From contig JACPAV010000002.1 in assembly GCA_016180645.1 (NCBI GenBank), positions 174,628 to 238,627 of the forward strand: a DNA stretch of 64,000 bases, given 5' to 3'. This document shows positions 1 to 8,998 of the stretch, in pieces. A program made the position numbers and the translations under genes. Below the pieces are notes generated by a model that saw only the letters and a program-made list of their open reading frames with translations, ran no database searches and was not told the origin of the DNA. The DNA comes from Nitrospirota bacterium. GTDB taxonomy: Bacteria > JACPQY01. Every line of letters begins with the position of its first letter. The stretch's first letter is position 1.

Positions 1-258
1 CCCGCGCCTGCGGGCCGCAAGGGAGAAATGGCCGGCATGGCACGCCACGTCAAGGACCGTCATCCTCTCAAGGGATCCCCCACAGATCGTGGTGAGGAGC
101 TCGAAGGCGACGTCCTCGATATAGAGCAGGCGGGCCCCGTCTTCCGCGGCGCGAGGCACGACCATGGTGCCGTCACGCTTGCGATGAACGATGTGATAAT
201 CGCTTTCAACCGTTTGACCGACAGGGGCGTCGGCTAAGTCCAGGTAGGGTAGTCTCAT
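1..258 (-). CDS. putative SAM-dependent methyltransferase, N-terminal fragment; gene continues beyond window start
   Basis: My own minus-strand translation from ATG at 258-256 runs MRLPYLDLADAPVGQTVESDYHIV...LERMTVLDVACHAGHFSLAARRRG with no stop before position 1. VLDVACHAGHFS resembles methyltransferase motif I. Start overlaps the upstream stop (ATGA). Absent from ORF track, probably because no stop lies in the window. Confidence 0.4.
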   Translation of the reverse strand, partial: MRLPYLDLADAPVGQTVESDYHIVHRKRDGTMVVPRAAEDGARLLYIEDVAFELLTTICGGSLERMTVLDVACHAGHFSLAARRRG

Positions 259-1061
259 CTGATTGCAACCTCCTTCGTGGGATCGGCGGCGTCGACGCGC
301 CCAGGCACTCTCAGAGTCGCGCGCGGGACCCTTCTCATCCAGGGAAACGAAATCAGGCCTCCCTTCACAAGAGCCTCGGCCCTCTCGAATTCAGGAAGGG
401 AGTCGATCGACATTGCCCTCTGCTCAGGCGTTTCATAGAGAAGCGTATTCCGGCTGCTCCGCCAGGAGTCCGTCTGCCGCCGAACGAATCCCGCCCGCCA
501 CAAGTAGAGCGACCCGTTGATCCGGTATACCGGCGGGACGTCCTGACGACGCGTGTAACGGGCCGCATCGCCAAAAAGGTTCGCGAGGCGCCCCTTCCTC
601 TCCACCACGCACACCCAGATCGGGTTGAAGTCGGGCTTGGACACGGCAAGGATTCCGTCCGCGTCAGGAGCGGCCTTGAGCTTGGTCAAGGCGCCGGACA
701 CGTCTTCAGGAAGCCGGCCTGGGGATGTGGGATCCAGGAGAAGCACAAACTCGTACGGGGAGCCTTCCTGCCCCTCGACCGTCGCCAAGGCATGGTGGAC
801 CACTTCCCACATGGGAGTATCGTCTTGGGCCAAGGCGGCCGGACGGATGAAGGGCACATCGGCGCCGAATTGCCGGGCCACCTCGGCGATGGCAGGCGAG
901 TCGGTCGAAACGACCAGCCGCTCGACCTCGGGACAAGACCGGCCGAAGAGCACGGAATGGCCGATGAGCGGCACCCCGGCGAGGGGCCTTATGTTTTTCC
1001 CCGGCAACCCTTTGGATCCCCCGCGCGCGGGGATAAGGGCGAGAAGTCTGCCCGGGCTCAC
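255..1061 (-). CDS. CMP-nonulosonate (acylneuraminate-type) cytidylyltransferase, NeuA family
   Basis: N-terminal LALIPARGGSKGLPGKNI motif typical of CMP-NeuAc/Leg/Pse synthetases; 268 aa. Confidence 0.75.
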   Translation of the reverse strand: MSPGRLLALIPARGGSKGLPGKNIRPLAGVPLIGHSVLFGRSCPEVERLVVSTDSPAIAEVARQFGADVPFIRPAALAQDDTPMWEVVHHALATVEGQEGSPYEFVLLLDPTSPGRLPEDVSGALTKLKAAPDADGILAVSKPDFNPIWVCVVERKGRLANLFGDAARYTRRQDVPPVYRINGSLYLWRAGFVRRQTDSWRSSRNTLLYETPEQRAMSIDSLPEFERAEALVKGGLISFPWMRRVPRATLRVPGRVDAADPTKEVAIR

Positions 1062-2086
1062 GGGTACTCAATCCTTTCCTCCCGCCCGGTACGGGAGGAA
1101 CGTCGCGCCGCGTCGCAAACGGCCAGGGCCTTCACCCCTTCGTTCGCCGTCGCCAGTTGCGCCGAGGCCCCAGGGTCCTTGCCGCCGTTCACGAAAGCCC
1201 GGTCTTGTGCCAGGAGCATGTCCTCCTTGGCCTGCGGGAAAGTCGTCACGTGCCGGTCTTCCCCAACTCGGGAAACCGCGGTCGTACCCGTGAGACCGTC
1301 CCACTCGATCGTGCCCTCGGAGCCGTGGGCGCGCATCATGCGCCTCCACGGTCGGGTGACATAGTCCAGCGTGAGCGAGACCATCCAGCCTCCCGGAGCC
1401 TCCCAAAGGAGGTCGGCCGACTCTTCAGACTCTATGCCCAACTGCTTCCCTTTCTTCAACTTCGCCTGAATGTGCGCGGGCCATCCGTACAGCCATCCCG
1501 CGTAGTCGATTTCGTGGATCAGATCCCTCAACACACCGCCTTCCCCTTCACGTGCCGAGTAGGTTGACCGATAAGGCCGCGCCGGCCTCCAATCCGGAAG
1601 ATAGGACTGGCATTCAATCCGTACGCTGTGCAAATCCCCGATTCGAGGGAGGATTCGCCGGAACGCGTTCAGGGAATCACAAAATCGCAAGGTGTTCCCG
1701 ATGAAGAGACTTCGGCCCAAATTCACGGCCCTCCTCCTGAGTGCCTCGGACCGAGGAGCGTCTTCCGCAAGGGGCTTCTCGATGAGCACATCCATCCCGG
1801 TCTCCAAGGCCGTCCAGCCGTCCTCATAGTGACAGCCTGTATCCGTTGCAATGACGGCGATCTTCGCGCCCTCGCGGGCGGCCTCCTGAAGATCCGAAGC
1901 CGTTTCCAGGCCAAGGGCCAGAAGCTCCGTCCGTCTTTCCTTCCTCCGCGGCACCGCAACGGGAACGGCCTCGCCCATCCGTCGGATCACTTCCAAATGC
2001 CGCAGCCCGATGGTGCCCGTTCCGCGAACAGCCACCCTCACGGGGGAGGCCGTCCCGTCTACGCCGCCAGGCTCTTGGGTGCGCAT
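1058..2086 (-). CDS. Gfo/Idh/MocA family NAD(P)-dependent oxidoreductase
   Basis: Rossmann VRVAVRGTGTIG near N-terminus and EKP motif. Track ORF runs to 2188 but that would overlap the upstream gene; internal ATG (MRTQEP) at 2086 chosen, no clear SD. Confidence 0.6.
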   Translation of the reverse strand: MRTQEPGGVDGTASPVRVAVRGTGTIGLRHLEVIRRMGEAVPVAVPRRKERRTELLALGLETASDLQEAAREGAKIAVIATDTGCHYEDGWTALETGMDVLIEKPLAEDAPRSEALRRRAVNLGRSLFIGNTLRFCDSLNAFRRILPRIGDLHSVRIECQSYLPDWRPARPYRSTYSAREGEGGVLRDLIHEIDYAGWLYGWPAHIQAKLKKGKQLGIESEESADLLWEAPGGWMVSLTLDYVTRPWRRMMRAHGSEGTIEWDGLTGTTAVSRVGEDRHVTTFPQAKEDMLLAQDRAFVNGGKDPGASAQLATANEGVKALAVCDAARRSSRTGREERIEYP

Positions 2087-2099
2087 CGCCCCGGAAATA

Positions 2100-3701
2100 T
2101 CAAGCGGCCGGTTTGTCCGCCGGCAGCGGCGGTGGGGAGGGGAAAGCGGACGCGGGAGGACGATCATGGCCGGTTTCGGCAACCCCATTTCCCCTCCCGG
2201 AGCGCCGATCGTTTCCTCTCTGCTCGACTTCGGCCAATCTCTTGAAATCGAACCTCACCATCAGTTCCCGAAGCCCGTAGAGTTCGAGGGCGCTGAACCG
2301 TTCCGAAATGACCGCCGAGATCTTTGTCGCGTCGCCCAAATCCAAAAGGAATGCCTCCAAGTCGCCTCCGTACTGCTCCAGGATTCGATCCTTGTAGACG
2401 GCGTACCACTCCGAGCCCGGATAAGGGGTGGCGAAGAATGGCTTGACCACGAGGCCCAGCTCCTCCCAGGCCTTCACGTTGTCCATCAACGAATCGAAAT
2501 CCTCCGTCGGAAAACCCATCATTTGATTGGGAATGGGCCGGATACCCGCATCGATGGTCCAGTGGAACGAACGGATGTTTGTCTCGGGAGTCGCTCCTTT
2601 ACCGAGCGTCTTGAGTATTCTCTTTGAGAAAGACTCATATCCATAGACCAGATGGGAGCAACCCGACTGCCGCATTTTCCTCAAGATCTCCGGGGTGCAG
2701 AGCGTCGCGTGGCTTGTTCCGCTCCAGTGCATCCCCTCGCAATCGGCGCCGTGCCTGACGCCCTCCCGGACGCATTTCGGTTGCAGCCCTTCGCCGATCC
2801 ACAAGTCGCAAATCGCGCTCAGCCAGGTCCTCCCGGATGTCTGATCCATCGTCATCAAGTTCTCATCAAGAAACCCGATAAAATCGACTTGGTATCGTTC
2901 CCGAAGGTGCCGGGCCAGGTTCACAACATAGCGCGGGCTGTGATACCGAATGTCACGCGTGTAGGAACCCGGCAGGTCAAAACTCACGTCCCGCTCTCCC
3001 TCCTGATTGATCACGTACTTCATGTCCCCGCTGAGCCCCAGATGAAAACAGAATTTGCACACCAACGAGCATCCGTAGGAGGCGTTGATGTCCAATCGCC
3101 GCCGGGCCATCATTCCTTCTTCCGAGAACAGGGCTTGGCTGTTGCGAAAATAAACCTCTTCGAGGGGAAAGAGATCGTAGGCCGGAAAGGGAAGAGTATC
3201 CAGGTCCCTGAGGAGATCTCTCGGACGCGTCATGGCCAGACGTCCATCGCCGGAACGATAGATCAGGCCGTCAATCCCGGAAGGATCGGGTTGGCCGCCG
3301 CCAAGCCGGGAGAGCAACTCCGGAAAGGTCTGAAAGGCTTCCCCCACTACGCCCAGGTCGAATTCAGGCAGGAGCCGCATGATTTCCCTCGGCATCGCCG
3401 TCAGGATCCCCCCGCCGAGCACCCTTAGAGCGCGTGGGGCGAATTCTTTGGATAGCCGGCCGATCTTCCTGACGTAGCCATAGGTCGTCGTGATCCCCCC
3501 GGTCGCCACCACGTCCCAACCATCCGCCTCCAGGACCTGCCTCAATACCTCGTCGCCCAGACGCCAAGCGTTGGCGTCGTACACCTGGACCTGGTGGCCG
3601 TTCCGCATCGCCAGGGCCGCCAGAAGGGCCATGCCGTACGGAACGTGGCGCGGAACGTCTTCCGCCCGCACGATAGGATTGATGAACAAGACTTTGGCCA
3701 T
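2100..3701 (-). CDS. B12-binding domain radical SAM enzyme (probable methyltransferase-type)
   Basis: N-terminal cobalamin-binding-like domain (MAKVLFINP...) followed by CSLVCKFC (CxxxCxxC) radical SAM cluster motif; 533 aa. Confidence 0.8.
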   Translation of the reverse strand: MAKVLFINPIVRAEDVPRHVPYGMALLAALAMRNGHQVQVYDANAWRLGDEVLRQVLEADGWDVVATGGITTTYGYVRKIGRLSKEFAPRALRVLGGGILTAMPREIMRLLPEFDLGVVGEAFQTFPELLSRLGGGQPDPSGIDGLIYRSGDGRLAMTRPRDLLRDLDTLPFPAYDLFPLEEVYFRNSQALFSEEGMMARRRLDINASYGCSLVCKFCFHLGLSGDMKYVINQEGERDVSFDLPGSYTRDIRYHSPRYVVNLARHLRERYQVDFIGFLDENLMTMDQTSGRTWLSAICDLWIGEGLQPKCVREGVRHGADCEGMHWSGTSHATLCTPEILRKMRQSGCSHLVYGYESFSKRILKTLGKGATPETNIRSFHWTIDAGIRPIPNQMMGFPTEDFDSLMDNVKAWEELGLVVKPFFATPYPGSEWYAVYKDRILEQYGGDLEAFLLDLGDATKISAVISERFSALELYGLRELMVRFDFKRLAEVEQRGNDRRSGRGNGVAETGHDRPPASAFPSPPPLPADKPAA

Positions 3702-3784
3702 CTAGTAGGTTCTCATGTCCGCTCCCCGCTCACCTGCGGAACGACAAGCCATGGGGCCGATGTGATCCGACGGCTCTCCGGTGG

Positions 3785-3979
3785 TCAGGAACCGGCCTCC
3801 CCGCTGTTCCCCGTGCCCGCATCCCCCTTGTAGATGAACTTCTTCCTGGAAACGAAGGAAATGCTTCCCCCCAATTTTTTCAGGGCTTCCCTCTCGAACG
3901 TCTCCGTCAAGTCGTCGGATGGTTCGCCGGCCCGCACGGGATTCTTCGGTGTGAAATTTCCTTTCAAGACTTCACGCAT
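3785..3979 (-). CDS. small 64-aa ORF, candidate leader-type peptide or small protein of unknown function
   Basis: ATG at 3979-3977 preceded by AGGAGAGGAGG about 6 nt upstream (strong Shine-Dalgarno). Peptide MREVLKGNFTPKNPVRAGEPSDDLTETFEREALKKLGGSISFVSRKKFIYKGDAGTGNSGEAGS. Track ORF extends to a GTG at 4030 that lacks an RBS. Confidence 0.4.
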   Translation of the reverse strand: MREVLKGNFTPKNPVRAGEPSDDLTETFEREALKKLGGSISFVSRKKFIYKGDAGTGNSGEAGS

Positions 3980-4117
3980 GGCTTTCCTCCTCTCCTGTCC
4001 TTTTCGGATTTCCGCAGCCGGCGGTTGCACAACCCCAGCCTATAGCTCCGCAGTGTCCCGTGCCGGCGCCGCCATCGCATCGGACTACAGCCCATCCTGA
4101 ACCGAACGGGGGAACGT

Positions 4118-4624
4118 TCAGCAGGGCTCGACGGACCGCGGCTCGACTTCAACCGCCACGGATTGACCGAGCAGGTCTATCGAGACGATCAGGACGCCTT
4201 TCTTGTCGCAGTTCCTGACGAACTGACCGGCCAGACCTCTCAGAGGACCCCGCGTTACACAGACCACATCCCCCCCCCTGAGATAGGGGTGGGGCCGGGG
4301 CAGACCGTTGCCTAGAAGTTGCCTGACGGCCCCAATCTGATCTTCCGGAATCGCCTCAGGCCGAGCGGGATCGTACCCGATCAAGTCCACCACTCCATGG
4401 GTTTTCTTTGCGTCAAGCCAGTCCTCATAGCTCTCCTCGCATTGGAGAAAAACGTACCCCGGGAAAAGTGGGCGATTCGTCTCTACCTCACGGGATCGAA
4501 TCCAGCGCGAAGCCCGATAGGTGGGGAAAAAAACCTCGGGGAATCGATTCTTCAGAGCACCGGCGACTGCGGCCTCGTGATTGGAGCGTGTCCTTGCTGC
4601 GTACCATTCCATGGTCACTCGCAA
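4118..4624 (-). CDS. NusG-paralog transcription antiterminator (RfaH/UpxY/LoaP-like)
   Basis: N-terminal NGN domain (WYAARTRSNHE...FPEVFFP) and C-terminal KOW-like segment (GDVVCVTRGPLRGLAGQFV); 168 aa; sits at head of a long polysaccharide-type operon. Confidence 0.75.
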   Translation of the reverse strand: MRVTMEWYAARTRSNHEAAVAGALKNRFPEVFFPTYRASRWIRSREVETNRPLFPGYVFLQCEESYEDWLDAKKTHGVVDLIGYDPARPEAIPEDQIGAVRQLLGNGLPRPHPYLRGGDVVCVTRGPLRGLAGQFVRNCDKKGVLIVSIDLLGQSVAVEVEPRSVEPC

Positions 4625-4674
4625 TTCCCTTTCGAAAACCCTATCTGCCTACAACTTCAAGTACTTTCCAGAGA

Positions 4675-4704
4675 TATTCTACCGTATATTGATCCAACGT
4701 GTCA
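4675..4704 (-). promoter_or_regulatory. sigma70-like promoter upstream of NusG-paralog: TTGACA-N18-TAGAAT
   Basis: Minus-strand reading gives TTGACACGTTGGATCAATATACGGTAGAAT in the AT-richer 170-bp gap between the KdsB-like gene and the NusG-paralog start. Confidence 0.4.
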
Positions 4705-4796
4705 AGTTGAAGGCTCCATTCCATGCCCTTTCCATCGTTCGTTAACTTAATAATAGATCGGCCTCAAATTGCAGAAAGTTTAGCCGCCGGCAGCGA

Positions 4797-5582
4797 TCAG
4801 GCGTATCCAAGAGACATGACCTGCCGCAGAACCTCGCCCTGCCGGATCTGCCCACTCAGGCAGCTCTCGACAAGCTGCGCGTCCTCTGGAATGTTGATCG
4901 ATGGAAAACCGCGCGAGAACTCGACCCCCCACAGAGGCTCGTCATGCTCGACCACCCGCGACTGATCGATGGATTCCAAGCATTCAAGAGGGGTGCGCTC
5001 CATCCGGGTGAATCGTCCCAGGAAGTTTCGATGGTAACCCAGGATTCCCAGGATTTTCCTGACCGGATCGAAGGCGCCGTTCCTGAGAGGGAGGCCCGAG
5101 AAATCTCGAGAGCAATACAGGACACGGCCTTTTCGGGAGACTACGCATTTGACCACCGTCCGGTCGGCCAACTCCTTTTTCTCATCGATCTTGGCCACGG
5201 CGTTCCAAGCCTGGATGTCCGGCCTTTCGCGAATGGCCGCGGTCATCCGAAGCAGGTCCTCGGGCAGGACCAGCGGCTCATCGCCCTGGATGTTGACGAC
5301 GTGGGTGCAACTCAGCCGCTCCGCGGCTTCCGCCACTCGGTCCGAGGCCGCCACGTGCGACGCGGACGTCATGGCGACCTTGGCGCCGAGCGGCTCGATC
5401 GCTTCCCGGATCCGCTCGTCGCACGTCGCCACAACCACCTCGCTGAAGCCGCCGCTCAGGACCGCCCGCCGACGCACATGCTCCACCATGGGCAATCCCC
5501 GAATCTCCAGGAGGGGTTTTCCGGGAAAACGACCGGAGGCCATCCTCGCAGGAATGACGGCGGCAATGCGAATCATCTCCAT
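4797..5582 (-). CDS. KdsB-family cytidylyltransferase (CMP-Kdo synthetase-like)
   Basis: AAVIPARMASGRFPGKPL motif typical of 3-deoxy-manno-octulosonate cytidylyltransferase family; 261 aa. Confidence 0.7.
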   Translation of the reverse strand: MEMIRIAAVIPARMASGRFPGKPLLEIRGLPMVEHVRRRAVLSGGFSEVVVATCDERIREAIEPLGAKVAMTSASHVAASDRVAEAAERLSCTHVVNIQGDEPLVLPEDLLRMTAAIRERPDIQAWNAVAKIDEKKELADRTVVKCVVSRKGRVLYCSRDFSGLPLRNGAFDPVRKILGILGYHRNFLGRFTRMERTPLECLESIDQSRVVEHDEPLWGVEFSRGFPSINIPEDAQLVESCLSGQIRQGEVLRQVMSLGYA

Positions 5583-5589
5583 TCTTCGA

Positions 5590-6345
5590 TTATTGCGGAA
5601 ACGCGCCGCAGTCTACATTGATGCATTGTCCGGTGATGGCGGACGCCGCGGGACTCACCAGAAAATGCACGAGTCGCGCCACCTCTTCGGCGATCGGAAG
5701 CCTTCCCAAGGCGGTTTGCTCCCCGGCAAAAGCCGCCAGGTAGGCTTTCACGGACGACCCCGCGGCCGGGGACGCGGGCTCCTCCAGTGCCCCGAGAAGA
5801 TGCTCGGTCTCGATGTAGACGGGGCACACCGCATTGACCCGTATTCCGCGAGGTCCCAGCTCCTTGGCCAATGCCTGCGTAAGGCCGTTCACCGCGAACT
5901 TGCTCGCGCAGTAAACGCTGTTGTTCGCACTCCCCCTCTTCCCCGCCAGGCTGGAAACGTTTACAATGGATCCTCCCGGGCGGATGAAGTTCGACACCTC
6001 GGCGCACCCCCACAAGGTTCCATAAACATTCGTCTCAAAGATCCCCGCCACAAATTCCGGATCCAGGTCACCCAGACTCCGCCATCGCGATCTCCCGGCG
6101 CAATTGACCCACACATCCACTCCCCCCCACCGCCTGACGATTTCGGACACGAAGCCCCCCACTTCCCCTCTATGTCGCACGTCCGCCTGAACATGCACCA
6201 TGCCGTCGGGGAGAGGGTCCGGCCTTGACGATCGCGAGCAGACTCCCACACGGTACCCTTCGGCCAGGAAAACGTCGGCGATGGCCCTTCCGATGCCGCG
6301 CGTGCCGCCCGTTACGGCCGCGATCCCTCCGGAACCCGCCTTCAT
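5590..6345 (-). CDS. short-chain dehydrogenase/reductase (SDR)
   Basis: TGGTRGIGRAI glycine-rich motif, NVSS and YCASK catalytic region. Start set to internal ATG (MKAGSGG) at 6345, giving a 4-bp overlap with the upstream stop. Confidence 0.7.
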   Translation of the reverse strand: MKAGSGGIAAVTGGTRGIGRAIADVFLAEGYRVGVCSRSSRPDPLPDGMVHVQADVRHRGEVGGFVSEIVRRWGGVDVWVNCAGRSRWRSLGDLDPEFVAGIFETNVYGTLWGCAEVSNFIRPGGSIVNVSSLAGKRGSANNSVYCASKFAVNGLTQALAKELGPRGIRVNAVCPVYIETEHLLGALEEPASPAAGSSVKAYLAAFAGEQTALGRLPIAEEVARLVHFLVSPAASAITGQCINVDCGAFPQ

Positions 6346-7082
6346 AGGGTCATCGCCGTGAAACCGCCATCGACCGAGATGACCGCTCCCGTGACGAATC
6401 GAGCCGCAGCGGAGGACAGCCAAAGGACGGCGCCCACCAACTCCTCGGGCCGGCCGAACCGTCCCATGGGCGTGTGACCCAGGATCCTGGCTTTTCGGTC
6501 GTCGTCGATGAAATGCTCCATGCTCCATGGTGTGGGAAAGAAACCCGGCCTCAGGGCGTTGACCCGGACGTCGTACGGCGCCCATTCTCGGGCGAGATTC
6601 TGCGTCAGATTGGTAATCGCCGCCTTCGCCGCTGAATAGACAAACGCCTTCGACAGAGGAGGGCCGGACGAGACGGAACTGAAATTAATGATGGAGCCGC
6701 CGCGTTGCCGGATCATCGTCTCTCCAAACACCTGGCACGCGTAGAGCGGTCCCACAAGATTGACCCCCATGATCCTCTCGATCTCCGCCGCTGAGATCTC
6801 CATGAACGAGGTCGGAGCATTCGTCCCGGCGGCATTGAGGAGGACATCCACCCGTCCAAACCGCCGAAGGATTTCATCGCGACACCGACCGAGATCGTTC
6901 TTGGAGGTCACGTCACACGGCAGGCACCGGGCATCCTTCGACCCCGCTCCCGCAACGTCAAGGACCACGACTTCCATCCCCGCCCCCCGCATGGCCTCGG
7001 TGAGAGCGGAACCCAGGTGCCCGTGCCCCCCGGCCACCACGGCCACCTTGCCCCTCAGAGCGAAGAGATCCTCCAGATTCAC
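6342..7082 (-). CDS. short-chain dehydrogenase/reductase (SDR)
   Basis: VAVVAGGHGHLGSAL glycine-rich motif and YSAAK catalytic region. GTG codon at 7082-7080 begins VNLEDLFALRGKV and overlaps the upstream TGA (GTGA), so the long N-terminal extension in the track is probably not translated. Confidence 0.65.
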   Translation of the reverse strand: MNLEDLFALRGKVAVVAGGHGHLGSALTEAMRGAGMEVVVLDVAGAGSKDARCLPCDVTSKNDLGRCRDEILRRFGRVDVLLNAAGTNAPTSFMEISAAEIERIMGVNLVGPLYACQVFGETMIRQRGGSIINFSSVSSGPPLSKAFVYSAAKAAITNLTQNLAREWAPYDVRVNALRPGFFPTPWSMEHFIDDDRKARILGHTPMGRFGRPEELVGAVLWLSSAAARFVTGAVISVDGGFTAMTL

Positions 7083-7936
7083 GGACGCGCGGGAAAGGGA
7101 CCGCCTTCGGCAGACCGCCCGGCCGAAGCCCGTCCCTTCTTCACGTGAACGACGGCCCCTTTGCCTCGGCACGCGCAAATGAGAGCCCGCATCCGCTCGC
7201 TCCATTTCCAGAGCACAAAAACGTCGGACGCTAGGACCGCAAAGGTGTATCCCATCTTGAGCACCCGTCCCACGCCCGCACGGGAGGGCGACACCAATTG
7301 CGTGCCGCACGCTTTTCCCCGTCGTCGGCACGCCTGAATGACCCGGGTGCACGCCTGGACGACTCGCCGGTCCTCCAATTGCCCGGGGATCCCCAGGGAT
7401 CCGGACAGGTCGTAGGGTCCCACCATCACGCCGTCCACCTCGGGGCAGGCCAGAAGCTCATCCGCGGCGTCCACTCCCTCGATGGACTCAATCTGAATGA
7501 TGATCGACGAACGCGCGTTCCAGTTCCTAACGTACTCTTCGAAACGGAACCCGTAACCTTGGGCGCGCGCTACGCCGTAGCTCCGTTTTCCCACCGGCGG
7601 GTACTTGCACCACTCGACCAGGCGTTCCACCTGCTCCCGAGTCGAGACTTGCGGCACGATGAGTCCGGCGGCTCCGGAGTCCAGCAGCCGCTTGGCTTGC
7701 TCCGAGTTATGGGAGGAGATTCGAGGAAGACAGGGCACCCCCGCCGCGTGGGCTGCCGCGATGATTCGTTGCGCCTGTTCCTGACCGATCGTACTGTGCT
7801 CAAGGTCAATGCCGAGGAAATCGAAACCCGCCAGGCCGAAGGTTTCCGCGATCGAGGGATGGGCGAGCGACATCCAGGCCCCGAAGACGGGGCTCCGCCG
7901 TTGGAAGATTTTCCCGTTCAGGGGGGGACGGGCCAC
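7079..7936 (-). CDS. HpcH/HpaI family class II (pyruvate) aldolase
   Basis: GLAGFDFLGIDLEHS and LDSGAAGLIVPQV segments characteristic of HpcH/HpaI aldolases; GTG start per my reading; 285 aa. Confidence 0.7.
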   Translation of the reverse strand: MARPPLNGKIFQRRSPVFGAWMSLAHPSIAETFGLAGFDFLGIDLEHSTIGQEQAQRIIAAAHAAGVPCLPRISSHNSEQAKRLLDSGAAGLIVPQVSTREQVERLVEWCKYPPVGKRSYGVARAQGYGFRFEEYVRNWNARSSIIIQIESIEGVDAADELLACPEVDGVMVGPYDLSGSLGIPGQLEDRRVVQACTRVIQACRRRGKACGTQLVSPSRAGVGRVLKMGYTFAVLASDVFVLWKWSERMRALICACRGKGAVVHVKKGRASAGRSAEGGPFPARP

Positions 7937-7942
7937 CGTCGT

Positions 7943-8275
7943 TCAGGCCGGTCGGCCGTTCCGTGTCCAACGCAACTGGAGCAGGCGTTTCCCGCCCGCC
8001 GGCCACTGTCTCAAGGCTTGGTCCAACGTGTAGACGGGATTCGCATCCCGGCGATCTTTCACCGCAACCGTCCCGGGCGCGTTCGTCTTGAGAAACACCC
8101 CGACCGCCGATTCGACGGCGCCCGATTCGGGACAATAGCAATCCTTCGGAAGAAACCGGTTGTGTGGGCCGCCCAGCACCATTCGGTTTCTGTAGATCCA
8201 TATTTCCGGGCCAGGTTGCCTCGGCCCAGGCCGACGCGGAAGTCGAACGCCTCCGCATGCTTCCGGTTCTGCCAC
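7943..8275 (-). CDS. hypothetical protein (about 110 aa)
   Basis: ORF fits the operon gap: 27 nt after the transaldolase stop and 6 nt before the HpcH start. No recognisable motif. An alternative ORF in another frame (8059-8302) overlaps it. Confidence 0.3.
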   Translation of the reverse strand: MAEPEACGGVRLPRRPGPRQPGPEIWIYRNRMVLGGPHNRFLPKDCYCPESGAVESAVGVFLKTNAPGTVAVKDRRDANPVYTLDQALRQWPAGGKRLLQLRWTRNGRPA

Positions 8276-8302
8276 TTTTGATACCAGCGGTGGGGCTCCA
8301 TC

Positions 8303-8998
8303 TCACTTCTTTTGAAGTCGGGTTCCGTCTTCCAGGAATTGCCGGACCGTCTCTTTGCTGTAGGGATGCACCAGGATCGTTTCCACCAGCGAGGGGACCA
8401 CCGTGACGATGTCCGCGCCGGCCTCAAACCACTCGATCACGTTCAACGCCTCCCGCGTGGACCCGGCGATAATTTTCGCCCCGTTCCCGAAGGCATCGAG
8501 CAGACTCCTCGTCCGCCGGATCTCCGTCCGGGAATCATATCCCATGTTGTTGACCCGCCCGCCGAAGATCGAAACATACGTTGCCCCGGCCATCGCGGCG
8601 AGCAGGCACTGTTGCGCGCTCAACATGGCCGTCACATTCACACGAATGTTTCCTTTCGATTCCAGCTCGTGCGCCAGTTTCAGGTATTCCGTTCCCCCGT
8701 TGGGTCCGTGGATGGGAATTTTCACGACCGCATTCTTGCCCCATCCCGCCATGAGGCGGGCCTGCTCCCGCATTTCGGCGGGGTCTCCCGCCGTCACCTC
8801 GAAGGAAACCGGCAAGGGGTCCACAAGGCGGGCCATCTCCCGGCAGTGCGTTTGCATGCCTTCCCAACCGCCCCCGATTCCATCTCTCAGAAGGATCGTG
8901 GGATTCGTCGTCACTCCGCGGATGATTCCCAGTCGATGGTACTTCTCAATTTCCTCCAGTTTGCCGGTATCGAGAAAAAGGCCCGTGAGCCGCGTCAT
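8303..8998 (-). CDS. transaldolase / fructose-6-phosphate aldolase (TalC/FSA) family enzyme
   Basis: GVTTNP motif and VVKIP lysine region. Start set to internal ATG (MTRLTGLFLDTG) at 8998, a 4-bp overlap with the upstream stop. Confidence 0.75.
   Translation of the reverse strand: MTRLTGLFLDTGKLEEIEKYHRLGIIRGVTTNPTILLRDGIGGGWEGMQTHCREMARLVDPLPVSFEVTAGDPAEMREQARLMAGWGKNAVVKIPIHGPNGGTEYLKLAHELESKGNIRVNVTAMLSAQQCLLAAMAGATYVSIFGGRVNNMGYDSRTEIRRTRSLLDAFGNGAKIIAGSTREALNVIEWFEAGADIVTVVPSLVETILVHPYSKETVRQFLEDGTRLQKK

Noticed and set aside
28-237. Plus-strand 69-aa ORF at the window start
   Set aside because: It is antisense to a better-supported minus-strand ORF (1-258) that has methyltransferase-like motif I and an ATGA overlap with its upstream gene; the plus ORF has no motif or RBS.
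625-1293. Numerous long ORFs in the track that overlap annotated genes on the opposite strand or in other frames (for example 625-1293, 5149-6228, 10642-11610, 25063-26367, 26386-27564, 43460-44707)
   Set aside because: Typical shadow ORFs of GC-rich DNA; their translations are Arg/Pro/Gly-rich low-complexity sequences without motifs, and they overlap ORFs with clear domain signatures.
8059-8427. 122-aa minus-strand ORF overlapping the 3-prime end of the transaldolase gene
   Set aside because: Overlaps a motif-supported gene in another frame; only its part downstream of the transaldolase stop is considered, as an alternative in the 7943-8302 finding.
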